The notes beneath the pieces are model-generated. The model ran no database searches, was not told the origin of the DNA, and was given only the letters and a program-made list of their open reading frames with translations. A stretch of 64,000 bases of DNA from an uncultured Aliarcobacter sp. (lineage in GTDB: Bacteria; Campylobacterota; Campylobacteria; Campylobacterales; Arcobacteraceae), in NCBI GenBank assembly GCA_963677435.1, contig OY781945.1:800001-864000 (forward strand), given 5' to 3'. Positions 30,908 to 40,426 of the stretch are shown piece by piece. A program made the translations under genes and the position numbers. Numbering within the stretch: the stretch's first letter is position 1; the number at the start of each line of letters is the position of its first letter.

Positions 30908-32995
30908 ATGATAGGAGCACTTTGGACAGGAATCTCAGGATTAGCGTCACAACAAAAAGCTTTAGATAATGAGTCAAATAATATAGCAAATGTAAATACA
31001 ATAGGATATAAAGCCTCAAGAATTTCATTTGCAGATCAAATGTACCAAGATAGAATAGGAAAAGGTTCTACGGTACTTGATGCAGAAAAATTATATACTC
31101 AAGGTGGTACCAAATTAACTGGTGTAAACTATGATATGGCTTTGAATGGAGATGGATTTTTTACAGTAATGAAATCAAGTACTTCAGGAGGAACTGAAAC
31201 TTTCTATACAAGAGCTGGAAATTTTAGGATGGGTGATAATGGAACTCTTCAAGATTCTGCAGGTAATGAGGTACAAGGTTGGATGATGAGTTCAATAGAT
31301 AGCCAAAATGATGTTACAAGTACAAATCCAAATGCGAGTGTTTTTACTTCTGATTATACAAATCCTTTAGGTTCAAGAATAATTAGACATAGTACTTATA
31401 TAGAAACAATTACAGCAAAAGCAACAGATTATAATACAACAGCAAAATCAGATTCAACTACAGTTTTTAGTGGGGATGGAGGAAAATCAAAATCTTCAAA
31501 AATATCTGATATTGAACTTGCAATAAAAGATTATACAAATTGGTTGCAAAAATTAAAAGAGGAGCCAGATGCTTTATCTTCAACATCTATTGCACAAGTT
31601 TCTCAAATTAATTTTAAATCTGGTACGGAGTCTATTATTGGGAAAGATTCGGACCAAATATATGTATATATAGATGGAAATAAAATATCTCAAAACTTTC
31701 TTGTTACAAGTGCTAGTGATGCTTTAAAAGCTGAACTTTATGCTGATGATCCAGTAACATATGCTGATCCAACTGGAACTTTAACTTCAGCAGAAATTGC
31801 AATTTATGATAAAGCTGCTGGTAAAATAGCTACATATAAAGCCCTTGCTGACCAAATATCAGAGATACCTGGACTAGTTGCTACAATGGCTATTGATTCA
31901 GGGAAAGCAGATGTTTTTAATACTGGAGAATCTTATACTACTTCAACAAATAGTATTGATATGTTAAAAGGTATTATTCAAGTTAAATCATTAATTCCAG
32001 GAAAAGAGTTTAAAATATCTGAAGTTGCTGAAACAGCTGGTGAGAATTCTGTGGTTCAAGGAAATTTTCAAACTACATCAACAGCATCAAAAGGTTCAGG
32101 AATTGGTGCCTTGGATACAGCTAGAGATGCGCTTACTAAGTTGATAACTGGAAAACAACAAGATGTTTATACTGCTGCTAATTTGAGTATAGATGGAACG
32201 GCGAAAGATTATACTTATGGCATAACAATATATGATAAAGAGTTAAGAAGTAATTTACCAATACCAAATGATGGAGGCGTTCCTCCTCAAGCTACACCTC
32301 TCTTTATTAATAATGCATCAAGTATTGATGATGTAATTTCTCAGATTAATGCAAATCCTGACCTATCAGCGCAAATTGTAGCTAGAAATGTAAATGGAAA
32401 TTTAGTTATAGAAACTCTTGATTCAAATTATGATGTTGAATTTACAGGATCTATGAAAGTTTCTGATGATAATACAGGAACAGCTGGATCTCCTGCTGGA
32501 ACATTTACTCCAATAGATGTAAATAGTAACTATTCTGGAAGAAAAGGTGCTGGAGCAGAGTTTATTGAGATAGTAAACAAAGTAGATCAAACATCAACTA
32601 AAGGAAGTTTACAATTAAGATTAGATACTTTAGGTATTTCAGATTCTCCTTTTGGTGAATTTTCAATAGATAGTACAGGTCTTATTACTATGAAACAAGA
32701 TGGGGTTGAGTTTGCTGTAGGTCAAGTTGCTATTGCAGTTTTTAATAATAATCGAGGATTAAATCCTGTAGGAGGAAATCTTCTAGCAAAAACTAATGAA
32801 TCAGGTGATCCTGTATATAATCTAAATAATGCAAAAACAGCTGAGATACAATCTAAAACTTTAGAACTAAGTACAGCAGATTTATCTGAAAGTCTTGTAA
32901 ATTTAATGGTATTTCAAAGAGCTTTTGAAGCAAATGCTAAATCAATTACAACAGCTGACGAACTTTTAACTACTTTAATTGGGTTAAAAAGATAA
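30908..32995 (+). CDS. flgE: Flagellar hook protein FlgE, long paralogue (695 aa)
   Basis: NNIANVNTIGYK, YTRAGNF, LELSTADLSESLVNLMVFQRAFEANAKSITTADE. Confidence 0.88.
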   Translation: MIGALWTGISGLASQQKALDNESNNIANVNTIGYKASRISFADQMYQDRIGKGSTVLDAEKLYTQGGTKLTGVNYDMALNGDGFFTVMKSSTSGGTETFYTRAGNFRMGDNGTLQDSAGNEVQGWMMSSIDSQNDVTSTNPNASVFTSDYTNPLGSRIIRHSTYIETITAKATDYNTTAKSDSTTVFSGDGGKSKSSKISDIELAIKDYTNWLQKLKEEPDALSSTSIAQVSQINFKSGTESIIGKDSDQIYVYIDGNKISQNFLVTSASDALKAELYADDPVTYADPTGTLTSAEIAIYDKAAGKIATYKALADQISEIPGLVATMAIDSGKADVFNTGESYTTSTNSIDMLKGIIQVKSLIPGKEFKISEVAETAGENSVVQGNFQTTSTASKGSGIGALDTARDALTKLITGKQQDVYTAANLSIDGTAKDYTYGITIYDKELRSNLPIPNDGGVPPQATPLFINNASSIDDVISQINANPDLSAQIVARNVNGNLVIETLDSNYDVEFTGSMKVSDDNTGTAGSPAGTFTPIDVNSNYSGRKGAGAEFIEIVNKVDQTSTKGSLQLRLDTLGISDSPFGEFSIDSTGLITMKQDGVEFAVGQVAIAVFNNNRGLNPVGGNLLAKTNESGDPVYNLNNAKTAEIQSKTLELSTADLSESLVNLMVFQRAFEANAKSITTADELLTTLIGLKR

Positions 32996-33000
32996 TTTTT

Positions 33001-33029
33001 TAAATAGAGTAGAGTTTCTACTCTATTTA
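33001..33029 (+). terminator. Rho-independent terminator after flgE pair
   Basis: TAAATAGAGTAGA-gtt-TCTACTCTATTTA perfect 13-bp stem. Confidence 0.8.
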
Positions 33030-33047
33030 TATTTAAATAGGATAAAT

Positions 33048-33377
33048 TTGGAAAATTTTTTATTAATTATAGTGCTAGGAGTTTTATTACTCTACTTTTT
33101 TTCAAGCTCAAATGTTTATAAATCTTTATACAAAAAGGTAAATGAAGAGAAAAATATTTTACAAGAAGAGGTTGGTAAATTTGAATCGCTAATTGATAGG
33201 TATGAAAAGCAAGTGAAAATAAGTGCAAACACTTTAAAAACTAATCAGGGAACCTTACAAGTAGCAAGAGATGATTTACAAGTATTGCGTATAGAAAATA
33301 TAAATCTAAAAAATAGACTAGATGAATTAGAAAAAAGAAATGAAGAGCTTTATGCTCAAGTTAATGCGATGGTTTAG
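33048..33377 (+). CDS. Hypothetical protein, N-terminal TM plus coiled coil
   Basis: TTG start after AGGA; hydrophobic N-terminus, then heptad repeats. Confidence 0.75.
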   Translation: MENFLLIIVLGVLLLYFFSSSNVYKSLYKKVNEEKNILQEEVGKFESLIDRYEKQVKISANTLKTNQGTLQVARDDLQVLRIENINLKNRLDELEKRNEELYAQVNAMV

Positions 33378-33390
33378 GTTTTAAGATTAC

Positions 33391-35388
33391 ATGAATTTAG
33401 TATATAAATTATTATTAACACTTTTATTTATCAATTATACTTTATATGCTAATGAAGATTTAATTGAATCTCAACCTGAAATTATATTTCAGTTTGAGAA
33501 ATTAAAAAAATCTCAAGAAAATCTAGCCTTACAAATTGATTTTAATAAAGCAGTTTTACATTTAAGTAAAGATGAATATGAAGAAGCAATTAAACTTTTT
33601 GAAAAAACTTCTAAAATAATTGAAGTACCATCTTATTTAAATATGGGTATTGCATACTATAAATTAGGTTCAATAGATAATGCAATAGTGTATTTAAATA
33701 AAATTTATGAAAAACCTGAGAATGCAAATATCCATACCTTCCCTTATATGGCTGCATGTTATTATTTGTATCAGATTTCAAAAGATAATAAATATCTTGA
33801 TACTATTATTAAAGTTTCCAAGAAATTTAAAAATTTATCTGAACACTCAAAAAGAATGCTTTCAGATACTTATATTATTTTAAAAGAGTATGAAAATGCA
33901 TTAGAAGTTTTGAATACAATGGATTATGCCATGGATTTAAAAAAAGCATTAATTTATATAAAACTAAAAGATTATGAAAAAGCAAATTTATTATTAAAAA
34001 AAGCAAAAGAACAAAATGTTAATCCAAATACAGTTGACAAAATTTTATGGTTTTTAAGTTATACAGATTTAAAAATGAATAATATTGAAGGATTAAAAGA
34101 GACTTTAGATTTAATAAATGAGAGAAAAAATACTTTTAAAGCCAATACTGAATTACCTTTAGAAATATTTTTTAATAAAAATAAGTTCACTACAAAACAA
34201 TATTTAGATTCTGTTATAAAATTTGATGAAGATAGAAAAGTTGATTTTATTTTTTATTTTGCACCATTTATTTTCTCTGATTCTCAAGAGATTATTTATG
34301 ATAGCTTAAAAGGATTTATTTATAATCAAAAAGAGAATATTATTAATCTAGAAGAGATGGTTGAATACAATGCAAAATTCCTTAAAATCGTAAAAGAAGA
34401 TCCAATTATAAGAGTTGTAGAACTTCAAAAAATGCTAACAAAAGATACAAAATCTTATATTTTTTATAATTTAGCATTATCTTTTGCTCAAATTAATGAC
34501 TTTAATAATGCATTTAAATATTTTGAAAGAGCATATAAATTAAATCCTGGGAATAAACTTTACTCTATAATGTACCTAATTACTGCAAATAGATTAAATG
34601 TTAGAATTAAAGATAAAGAATATATTGAATCAAATATAAAAAGTAATAATGGCCTTTATAATTATTTTTCTAAAGAGATTTATAAAATATTTATCAATCC
34701 TCAATTTACATCAGCTGATAAACCTTTAGAGTATGAAAATACAATATTTTATCAAGCAATAGATTTTTTGAAGGCGATGGAAAGCAAAAAATTAGATGAA
34801 AATCATATATTATTAGATGAGCATTTTAAAGATCCTTTAACTTTTTTAATAAAATTAGTCCAACGAAGAAAGGGTGAAACAGATTATGATTATCATGCGA
34901 GATTACAAGATTCTTTACCCTTAACTTTAAATAATCAATTTTTAGAAGGACCATTAATTATAACTAGATATTATGTTGATATTTTAAAGGGATTAGGCCT
35001 TTTCTCAAAAGCAGATATGAATATTACAGGTAAAAAGACACCTTCATATTTAAGAACAAAAGCGTTAAAAGATTTACATTCAAATTCACCTGATGAATCA
35101 ATAAAAACATTAGAGTATTTACAATCAGAATATAAATTAGAAGATAAATATACAATGTATTTAATGGTTGCTGCATTATTAGAAGCAGGAAGATATAATG
35201 ATGCCTCTATACAAATATCATTAATTAAAGCCATTTTAAATGACCAAGATGCAGATTTTTTAACAGCAATTCAGTTAATTCAAGAGTTGAAAATATCAAG
35301 TGCTAAACAATATTTAATTAGACCTTATTTAGATTCTTTAATTGATTTTAAATTAATTGGATTTGATCAGTATCTAGAATCTCTATAG
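33391..35388 (+). CDS. pflB: PflB-like periplasmic TPR motor accessory protein
   Basis: Signal peptide (YTLYA|NE), TPR repeats; DFIFYFAPF segment recalls Campylobacter PflB (from memory); lies in flagellar cluster. Confidence 0.7.
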   Translation: MNLVYKLLLTLLFINYTLYANEDLIESQPEIIFQFEKLKKSQENLALQIDFNKAVLHLSKDEYEEAIKLFEKTSKIIEVPSYLNMGIAYYKLGSIDNAIVYLNKIYEKPENANIHTFPYMAACYYLYQISKDNKYLDTIIKVSKKFKNLSEHSKRMLSDTYIILKEYENALEVLNTMDYAMDLKKALIYIKLKDYEKANLLLKKAKEQNVNPNTVDKILWFLSYTDLKMNNIEGLKETLDLINERKNTFKANTELPLEIFFNKNKFTTKQYLDSVIKFDEDRKVDFIFYFAPFIFSDSQEIIYDSLKGFIYNQKENIINLEEMVEYNAKFLKIVKEDPIIRVVELQKMLTKDTKSYIFYNLALSFAQINDFNNAFKYFERAYKLNPGNKLYSIMYLITANRLNVRIKDKEYIESNIKSNNGLYNYFSKEIYKIFINPQFTSADKPLEYENTIFYQAIDFLKAMESKKLDENHILLDEHFKDPLTFLIKLVQRRKGETDYDYHARLQDSLPLTLNNQFLEGPLIITRYYVDILKGLGLFSKADMNITGKKTPSYLRTKALKDLHSNSPDESIKTLEYLQSEYKLEDKYTMYLMVAALLEAGRYNDASIQISLIKAILNDQDADFLTAIQLIQELKISSAKQYLIRPYLDSLIDFKLIGFDQYLESL

Positions 35389-35423
35389 TTTATACAAAAA
35401 TTCCTAAAAAATTTAATTTTTTC

Positions 35424-35432
35424 TGCTATAAT
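35424..35432 (+). promoter_or_regulatory. Extended -10 sigma70 promoter upstream of flaG-like/fliY/motAB
   Basis: TGCTATAAT, then AAGGAGG RBS at 35453. Confidence 0.65.
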
Positions 35433-35464
35433 AAGTGAAAATAGTTACTTTTAAGGAGGATATT

Positions 35465-35779
35465 ATGGAAATTAGTAGAATAGCTGAAATTGATAATTCT
35501 AAAATTAATAATTTAGAAAAAATCCAAAAAGTTAGTAATGTTGATCAAAAGAGTAAAGTTATACAAGAAGATGAGTATAAAAAAGCATTAGGTAAACAAG
35601 AAGTATTAGATAAAAATGAAGTAATTTTAGATAATGTAAAGTTCGGATACAATAAAAGTTCAAAAGATTTTTTTGTAAAAGTAACAAGAGGTGAAGCTGA
35701 ATATAAATATCCAACAGAGGATATGATGAAGGTTAAAGCCTATGTATTACAAGAATTAGAAAATTCAAATAATAAATGA
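35465..35779 (+). CDS. FlaG-like flagellar protein
   Basis: VKFGYNK...FFVKV...YPTEDMMKV resembles the FlaG C-terminal motif; start moved to ATG 35465. Confidence 0.6.
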   Translation: MEISRIAEIDNSKINNLEKIQKVSNVDQKSKVIQEDEYKKALGKQEVLDKNEVILDNVKFGYNKSSKDFFVKVTRGEAEYKYPTEDMMKVKAYVLQELENSNNK

Positions 35780-35791
35780 AGGTAGTTTTAA

Positions 35792-36664
35792 TTGGCATCA
35801 GACTTATCAAATATATTTAAAGAAGAGTTCTCTAATACACTAGAGCAATTATTATCAAAAAGTGCTCAGATAGAAGACATTGTAACTTTAGTTAGTGATA
35901 ATTTTGATTCTACACAACTAGTTGAATGTACAGTTAAATTTGATTTTAAAGGTATTTCTCCTAAGATTACTTTTTATGTACCAACATTAACAGCAGCAAA
36001 ATTTGAGTATTTGATGCTTGGAGGAATGGGAGATTTAAAAGAACATATTGATGATGAAATTACAGATGCCGTAAATGAAATTATTTCAAATATTTGCGGA
36101 AGTTTTTGTACTTCTGTAAATGCACAAGGATTAAGTGATATTGGAAGTATAAAATCAGAAGTAAAAAGCTCTATTATTGTTGAAGGTTCATCATTAGAAA
36201 GTAAAAAAAATATTTATGAAATGATAGTTTCTTTAGATGATGAAAAACTACCTTTTATTATATATTTTGATGATATGATTTTGCCATTTTTTTCTTCTAT
36301 TACAGGAGTAAGTTCTGATGAAGTAGAAATTAAAACAGAGACTCCTCCTGTTGTGTCAAACAATAATTACAATATGCATTCAACTCCAACTGTACAAACT
36401 CCAAAAAACTTAGAACTTTTATACAATATAAAGTTAAAACTTAGTGTTCGACTAGGAACAAAGGTTGTTTTATTAAAAGATATTTTAAGATGGGATGTTG
36501 GAGAAATTATTGAACTTGAACAAATGGTAAATGAACCTTTAGAAGTTTTAGTCAATGGTGTTAAAATAGGTGTTGGAGAAGCTGTAATTGTTGAAGGAAA
36601 ATTTGGGCTTAAAATTAAGAAAATCGGAAATGAAGATTTTAGACTAAATCATATAGGATTGTAA
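35792..36664 (+). CDS. fliY: Flagellar motor switch protein FliY
   Basis: CheC-like N domain (DAVNEIISNI) plus C-terminal FliN/SpoA domain (NLELLYNIKLKLSVRLG). Confidence 0.85.
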   Translation: MASDLSNIFKEEFSNTLEQLLSKSAQIEDIVTLVSDNFDSTQLVECTVKFDFKGISPKITFYVPTLTAAKFEYLMLGGMGDLKEHIDDEITDAVNEIISNICGSFCTSVNAQGLSDIGSIKSEVKSSIIVEGSSLESKKNIYEMIVSLDDEKLPFIIYFDDMILPFFSSITGVSSDEVEIKTETPPVVSNNNYNMHSTPTVQTPKNLELLYNIKLKLSVRLGTKVVLLKDILRWDVGEIIELEQMVNEPLEVLVNGVKIGVGEAVIVEGKFGLKIKKIGNEDFRLNHIGL

Positions 36665-36667
36665 TTT

Positions 36668-37423
36668 ATGGATAAAAGTACCGCAGGAGGATTAGGAGGA
36701 GGTTGGGGATTAGTTGCTCTTGCCATAATTTTAGGTGGAGTAGGTTTTGGTCCTTATATAGATGTTCCTTCAGTTGTAATTGTTATTGGTGGTACAATAG
36801 CTGTAACCGCAGGTCAATTTGAAGCTAGCGATTTAAAAAGAATTATGCCTGCATTTAAAGTCGCTTTAAATGAGGTAAAAGTTGAACCTTTGCCTGAATT
36901 GGTTGAAAAAATAGTTTTTTATGCAACGGAAATTAAAAAACATGGTGTTATGCAAATAGAACAAAAAGTTTTACAAGAAACAAATCCTTTTTTTAAAGAG
37001 GCCTTTCAACTTTTAGTTGATGGAACTAAAGCAGATGTTTTACAACCTTTAATGGAATTAAAGTTAGAGCATATGGAAAAAAGACACTCAACAATGATAG
37101 CGATTTTTGGTAATATTGGTGGAACAGCAGGTGCAATGGGTATGATTGGAACACTAGTTGGGCTTGTTGCTATGCTTGCAAACTTATCTGATCCTGCTGC
37201 TGTTGGACCTGCAATGGCAGTTGCCTTATTAACAACATTATATGGTGCTTTACTTGGAACTCTTTTTGCTGGTATTGCAGAAAGTAAACTTTCTCAAAAA
37301 CACTCAAAAGAAGTAACAGCTTGTGAGGTAATTATTCATGGTGCAACAATGATTGCGGCTGAAGAATCAATAGGAAACATAAAAATGCAACTAAACTCAA
37401 TTTTAGTTGAAGTAGCAGAGTAG
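36668..37423 (+). CDS. motA: Flagellar stator A subunit (PomA-like)
   Basis: GMIGTLVGLVAML...GPAMAVALLTTLYGA. Confidence 0.96.
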   Translation: MDKSTAGGLGGGWGLVALAIILGGVGFGPYIDVPSVVIVIGGTIAVTAGQFEASDLKRIMPAFKVALNEVKVEPLPELVEKIVFYATEIKKHGVMQIEQKVLQETNPFFKEAFQLLVDGTKADVLQPLMELKLEHMEKRHSTMIAIFGNIGGTAGAMGMIGTLVGLVAMLANLSDPAAVGPAMAVALLTTLYGALLGTLFAGIAESKLSQKHSKEVTACEVIIHGATMIAAEESIGNIKMQLNSILVEVAE

Positions 37424-37432
37424 AGTTAAGTT

Positions 37433-38209
37433 ATGGCTAAAAATAAATGTCCAGAGTGTCCTAAGTGTTTACCCGGTTGGCTAGTACAATTTGGTGATTT
37501 AATGTCACTGCTACTTACTTTTTTTATTCTTTTATTATCAATGGCTGTAATGGATAAAGTAAAAGTTGAAGAGTACTTTAATATTATGAAAAAAGCTATG
37601 GGCTTTATTGATGCATCAACTGATGTCGAAACACAAAGTGATGCTTATTCTACTCAAAATAATAGTTCAGATTCAGATCAAAATGATTCTTCAAATGAAA
37701 GTTCTTTTGATAATACAGAACAAAATGTTGCACAAGCAGTGCAAGAGATGAATTCTAGTCAAAATACTGAAAGTCAAGAAATAAAAATGGAAAAAGGCAA
37801 AAATGAGTTCGTTTTAGATATTCCTTCAAGTATAATGTTTGATGATGGAGAATATGAATTAACAAACTCAAGTGCAAAAATATTTATTTCTAAAATTGCA
37901 CGAGTTATAAGAACAATGCCCCAAACTTTTAATATTGAAATAATAGGATATACTGATACAAATAGGGTTTTAAGTAGTACGATTCCTAGAGATGCGTGGG
38001 ATATATCAGCATTAAGATCTATCTCAGTTGTTAAAGAATTAATAAAAAATAAAATTGATCCATCAATATTAAAGGTTTCAGCTTATGGTTCATTTCATCC
38101 TAAAAGTGATGTTGCAGCTGATAATAGAAGAGTTGAAATGAGATTTTTTTCTCAAGACAATCAACAAGATATTTTAACACAAGAAAATTTCTTTGATAGG
38201 TTGGAATAA
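37433..38209 (+). CDS. motB: Flagellar stator B subunit (PomB/MotS-like TM, OmpA-like PG-binding domain)
   Basis: WLVQFGDLMSLLLTFFILL, GYTD, WDISALRS, NRRVE. Confidence 0.96.
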   Translation: MAKNKCPECPKCLPGWLVQFGDLMSLLLTFFILLLSMAVMDKVKVEEYFNIMKKAMGFIDASTDVETQSDAYSTQNNSSDSDQNDSSNESSFDNTEQNVAQAVQEMNSSQNTESQEIKMEKGKNEFVLDIPSSIMFDDGEYELTNSSAKIFISKIARVIRTMPQTFNIEIIGYTDTNRVLSSTIPRDAWDISALRSISVVKELIKNKIDPSILKVSAYGSFHPKSDVAADNRRVEMRFFSQDNQQDILTQENFFDRLE

Positions 38210-38514
38210 TGGAAATAGGAACTAATAATTTAATAAATCAAGATTTATTACAAAGTAGTAAATTAAGTAATGTTAAAGAAGAAAACTTAAAAAATAGTAA
38301 TGATGAACAATTAAAAAAAGTTTGTAATGATTTTGAATCTTTTTTTATAAATGAAATTATGGATGTGTCTTTACGCTCAACAAAAGTTGCAGGTGAAGGA
38401 GCAGGGTCTGATATTATTAAAGGTATGTATACACAATCTATTGCTGATAACTCTTCAGGAAGTTTAGGTATTAGCAATATGTTATATGAATTTTTAACAA
38501 AAAATAAAAAATAA
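38209..38514 (+). CDS. flgJ: Rod-binding FlgJ-like protein (no muramidase domain)
   Basis: LKKVCNDFESFF...GMY...LGISNMLYEFL Rod-binding motif. Confidence 0.8.
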   Translation: MEIGTNNLINQDLLQSSKLSNVKEENLKNSNDEQLKKVCNDFESFFINEIMDVSLRSTKVAGEGAGSDIIKGMYTQSIADNSSGSLGISNMLYEFLTKNKK

Positions 38515-38522
38515 GGATTCTT

Positions 38523-38900
38523 GTGATTGAAAATACTATAAAAAACATGTCGGAATTAATTGTAAAGTTGAAAGATTCTATTTCTTTAGACATTGAAGAT
38601 ATTAAAGCTGCAAAACATGAAGAACTTCTTAATCGAAATGATGAAAAGCATCTAATGATAGAAGAAATTACTCTTTTGAAGGCTCAGCTAAATAATGAGC
38701 TTGTATTGAAAATACAAGAAGGAATAGATGTTAATATTTATAGAGCAAGTGTAGATTTATTAGAAGTACAATTAAAAGAACTTTATGAATTAAATAGAAA
38801 ATTAGCTTCAATAGTATTGCCTGTTCAACAAATGTATAAAGAATTGGTTTCTGAAATAAGTGCAGCTAATGGAGGGAAAATCTTTGATATTAAAGCTTAG
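38523..38900 (+). CDS. FlgN-like flagellar export chaperone
   Basis: All-helical, LDIEDIK.AKHE...LYELNRKLA; follows flgJ-like gene. Confidence 0.6.
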   Translation: MIENTIKNMSELIVKLKDSISLDIEDIKAAKHEELLNRNDEKHLMIEEITLLKAQLNNELVLKIQEGIDVNIYRASVDLLEVQLKELYELNRKLASIVLPVQQMYKELVSEISAANGGKIFDIKA

Positions 38901-39279
38901 TTTTATAGTTTTTATATTAAATATCGATCTTTTTGCTATTAGTGTATTAGTTTCAAATGAATCTATAAATTTTGAAGAAAAAATTGATAGTTCAAAAGTA
39001 AAAATACAAAATGTAGATGAAATAAATAAGACTTGTAATCCTTTAAAATTAGTTCAGATACAAAATGAAGAATATATTACAACACATTACATAAATAAAA
39101 ATACTATTATTTGTTTAAAAGATGTAAAAAAATATGAAGATGAATCTATAATTTTCAATTTTGGTGGTGTTAAAATTGAAAAAAAAGGTAAAATTATTTA
39201 TGAAAATAATGATTTTATTCGTATAAAAAATATAGATGGAACAATAGAACAAATATATAAAGATGGAAGAATAAAATGA
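38884..39279 (+). CDS. Small secreted FlgA-like (SAF-domain) protein
   Basis: TTG start after GGAGG; signal peptide; VLVSNESI...YINKNTII...GGVKIEKKG...IRIKN pattern resembles the FlgA C-terminal half. Confidence 0.5.
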   Translation: MILKLSFIVFILNIDLFAISVLVSNESINFEEKIDSSKVKIQNVDEINKTCNPLKLVQIQNEEYITTHYINKNTIICLKDVKKYEDESIIFNFGGVKIEKKGKIIYENNDFIRIKNIDGTIEQIYKDGRIK

Positions 39280-40424
39280 ATATGCTCTCTTTTCTAGGAG
39301 AAACACCTACTATAGCACTTCGTCAAGCACAAGAAGAGTGTGGTGAAGATGCAATTGTAATATCTACAAAGAAAATATCTACACAACTAAATGGTAAAAG
39401 TATGTATGAAGTTGTTGTAGCAGTTGAGGATGAGCAAAAAAAGAAAAACTTGCTGTATACAAAAACTGCAATAAGTAAAGCAAGTGAAAATTCTCAACCA
39501 ATAAAAACACAAGTATATGATTTTAAAGAAGAGATTCTAAAAATGCAAAGTGTTTTAGAACAAGTTCAAAAATCAATTTGGAATCCTAAAAGTCAACTTT
39601 ATGATTTGACAATTCCTCCTGAATTTGCATCAATGTATAATATTTTTGAGCAAAATGAGTTTGATCAAGAGATGACTTATACTATTATGAAAAAAACTAT
39701 TAAACAGTTGCCAATTGCTTTAAAATCAAATCCAAAAAAAGTTAATGATTTTTTCAAATTGATTTTGAGAAGAGTAATTCCTATAAAACACGAAGTTCCT
39801 TTACGAAAACATCAAAGAAAAATAATTATGATGGTTGGACCCACAGGAGTTGGAAAAACAACTACAATTTCAAAACTTGCAGCAAGATATGCTTATAAAT
39901 TGGGGCAAAATTATAAAGTTGGGATCGTAACTTTAGATTCTTTTAGAGTTGGAGCAATTGAGCAATTACAAGCTTATACAAATATTATGAGATTGCCTTT
40001 AGAAATTGTAAAAAAACCAGAAGGATTATCCGAAGCACTTCTAAGATTAAAAGATTGTAATTATATTTTTATTGATACAGCAGGTTCTAGTCAATATGAT
40101 ATTGATAAAATAGAGCTTATAAATGAATATCAAAAGAGAGTTGAAGAACTACCAATTGAGAAAATTTTAGTACTTCCTGCCAATGTTAAACATAGTGATC
40201 TCTTGGAGATTTATAAAAATTACTCAAGACTTTCTATTGATTACTTAACATTTACTAAATTAGATGAAACAAGAAGTTTTGGAAATCTTATATCATTTGC
40301 CCATAAAACAAAAAAATCAATTACTTATTTTTCAATTGGCCAAAATGTACCAGATGATTTAATTGTCTCTGATTCGACATATTTAATTGATTGTTTTATG
40401 AATAAACAATGTGTTAGGAGATAG
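39276..40424 (+). CDS. flhF: Flagellar biosynthesis GTPase FlhF
   Basis: GPTGVGKTTT, DTAG, TKLDE, GQNVPDD. Confidence 0.97.
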   Translation: MNMLSFLGETPTIALRQAQEECGEDAIVISTKKISTQLNGKSMYEVVVAVEDEQKKKNLLYTKTAISKASENSQPIKTQVYDFKEEILKMQSVLEQVQKSIWNPKSQLYDLTIPPEFASMYNIFEQNEFDQEMTYTIMKKTIKQLPIALKSNPKKVNDFFKLILRRVIPIKHEVPLRKHQRKIIMMVGPTGVGKTTTISKLAARYAYKLGQNYKVGIVTLDSFRVGAIEQLQAYTNIMRLPLEIVKKPEGLSEALLRLKDCNYIFIDTAGSSQYDIDKIELINEYQKRVEELPIEKILVLPANVKHSDLLEIYKNYSRLSIDYLTFTKLDETRSFGNLISFAHKTKKSITYFSIGQNVPDDLIVSDSTYLIDCFMNKQCVRR

Positions 40425-40426
40425 AA

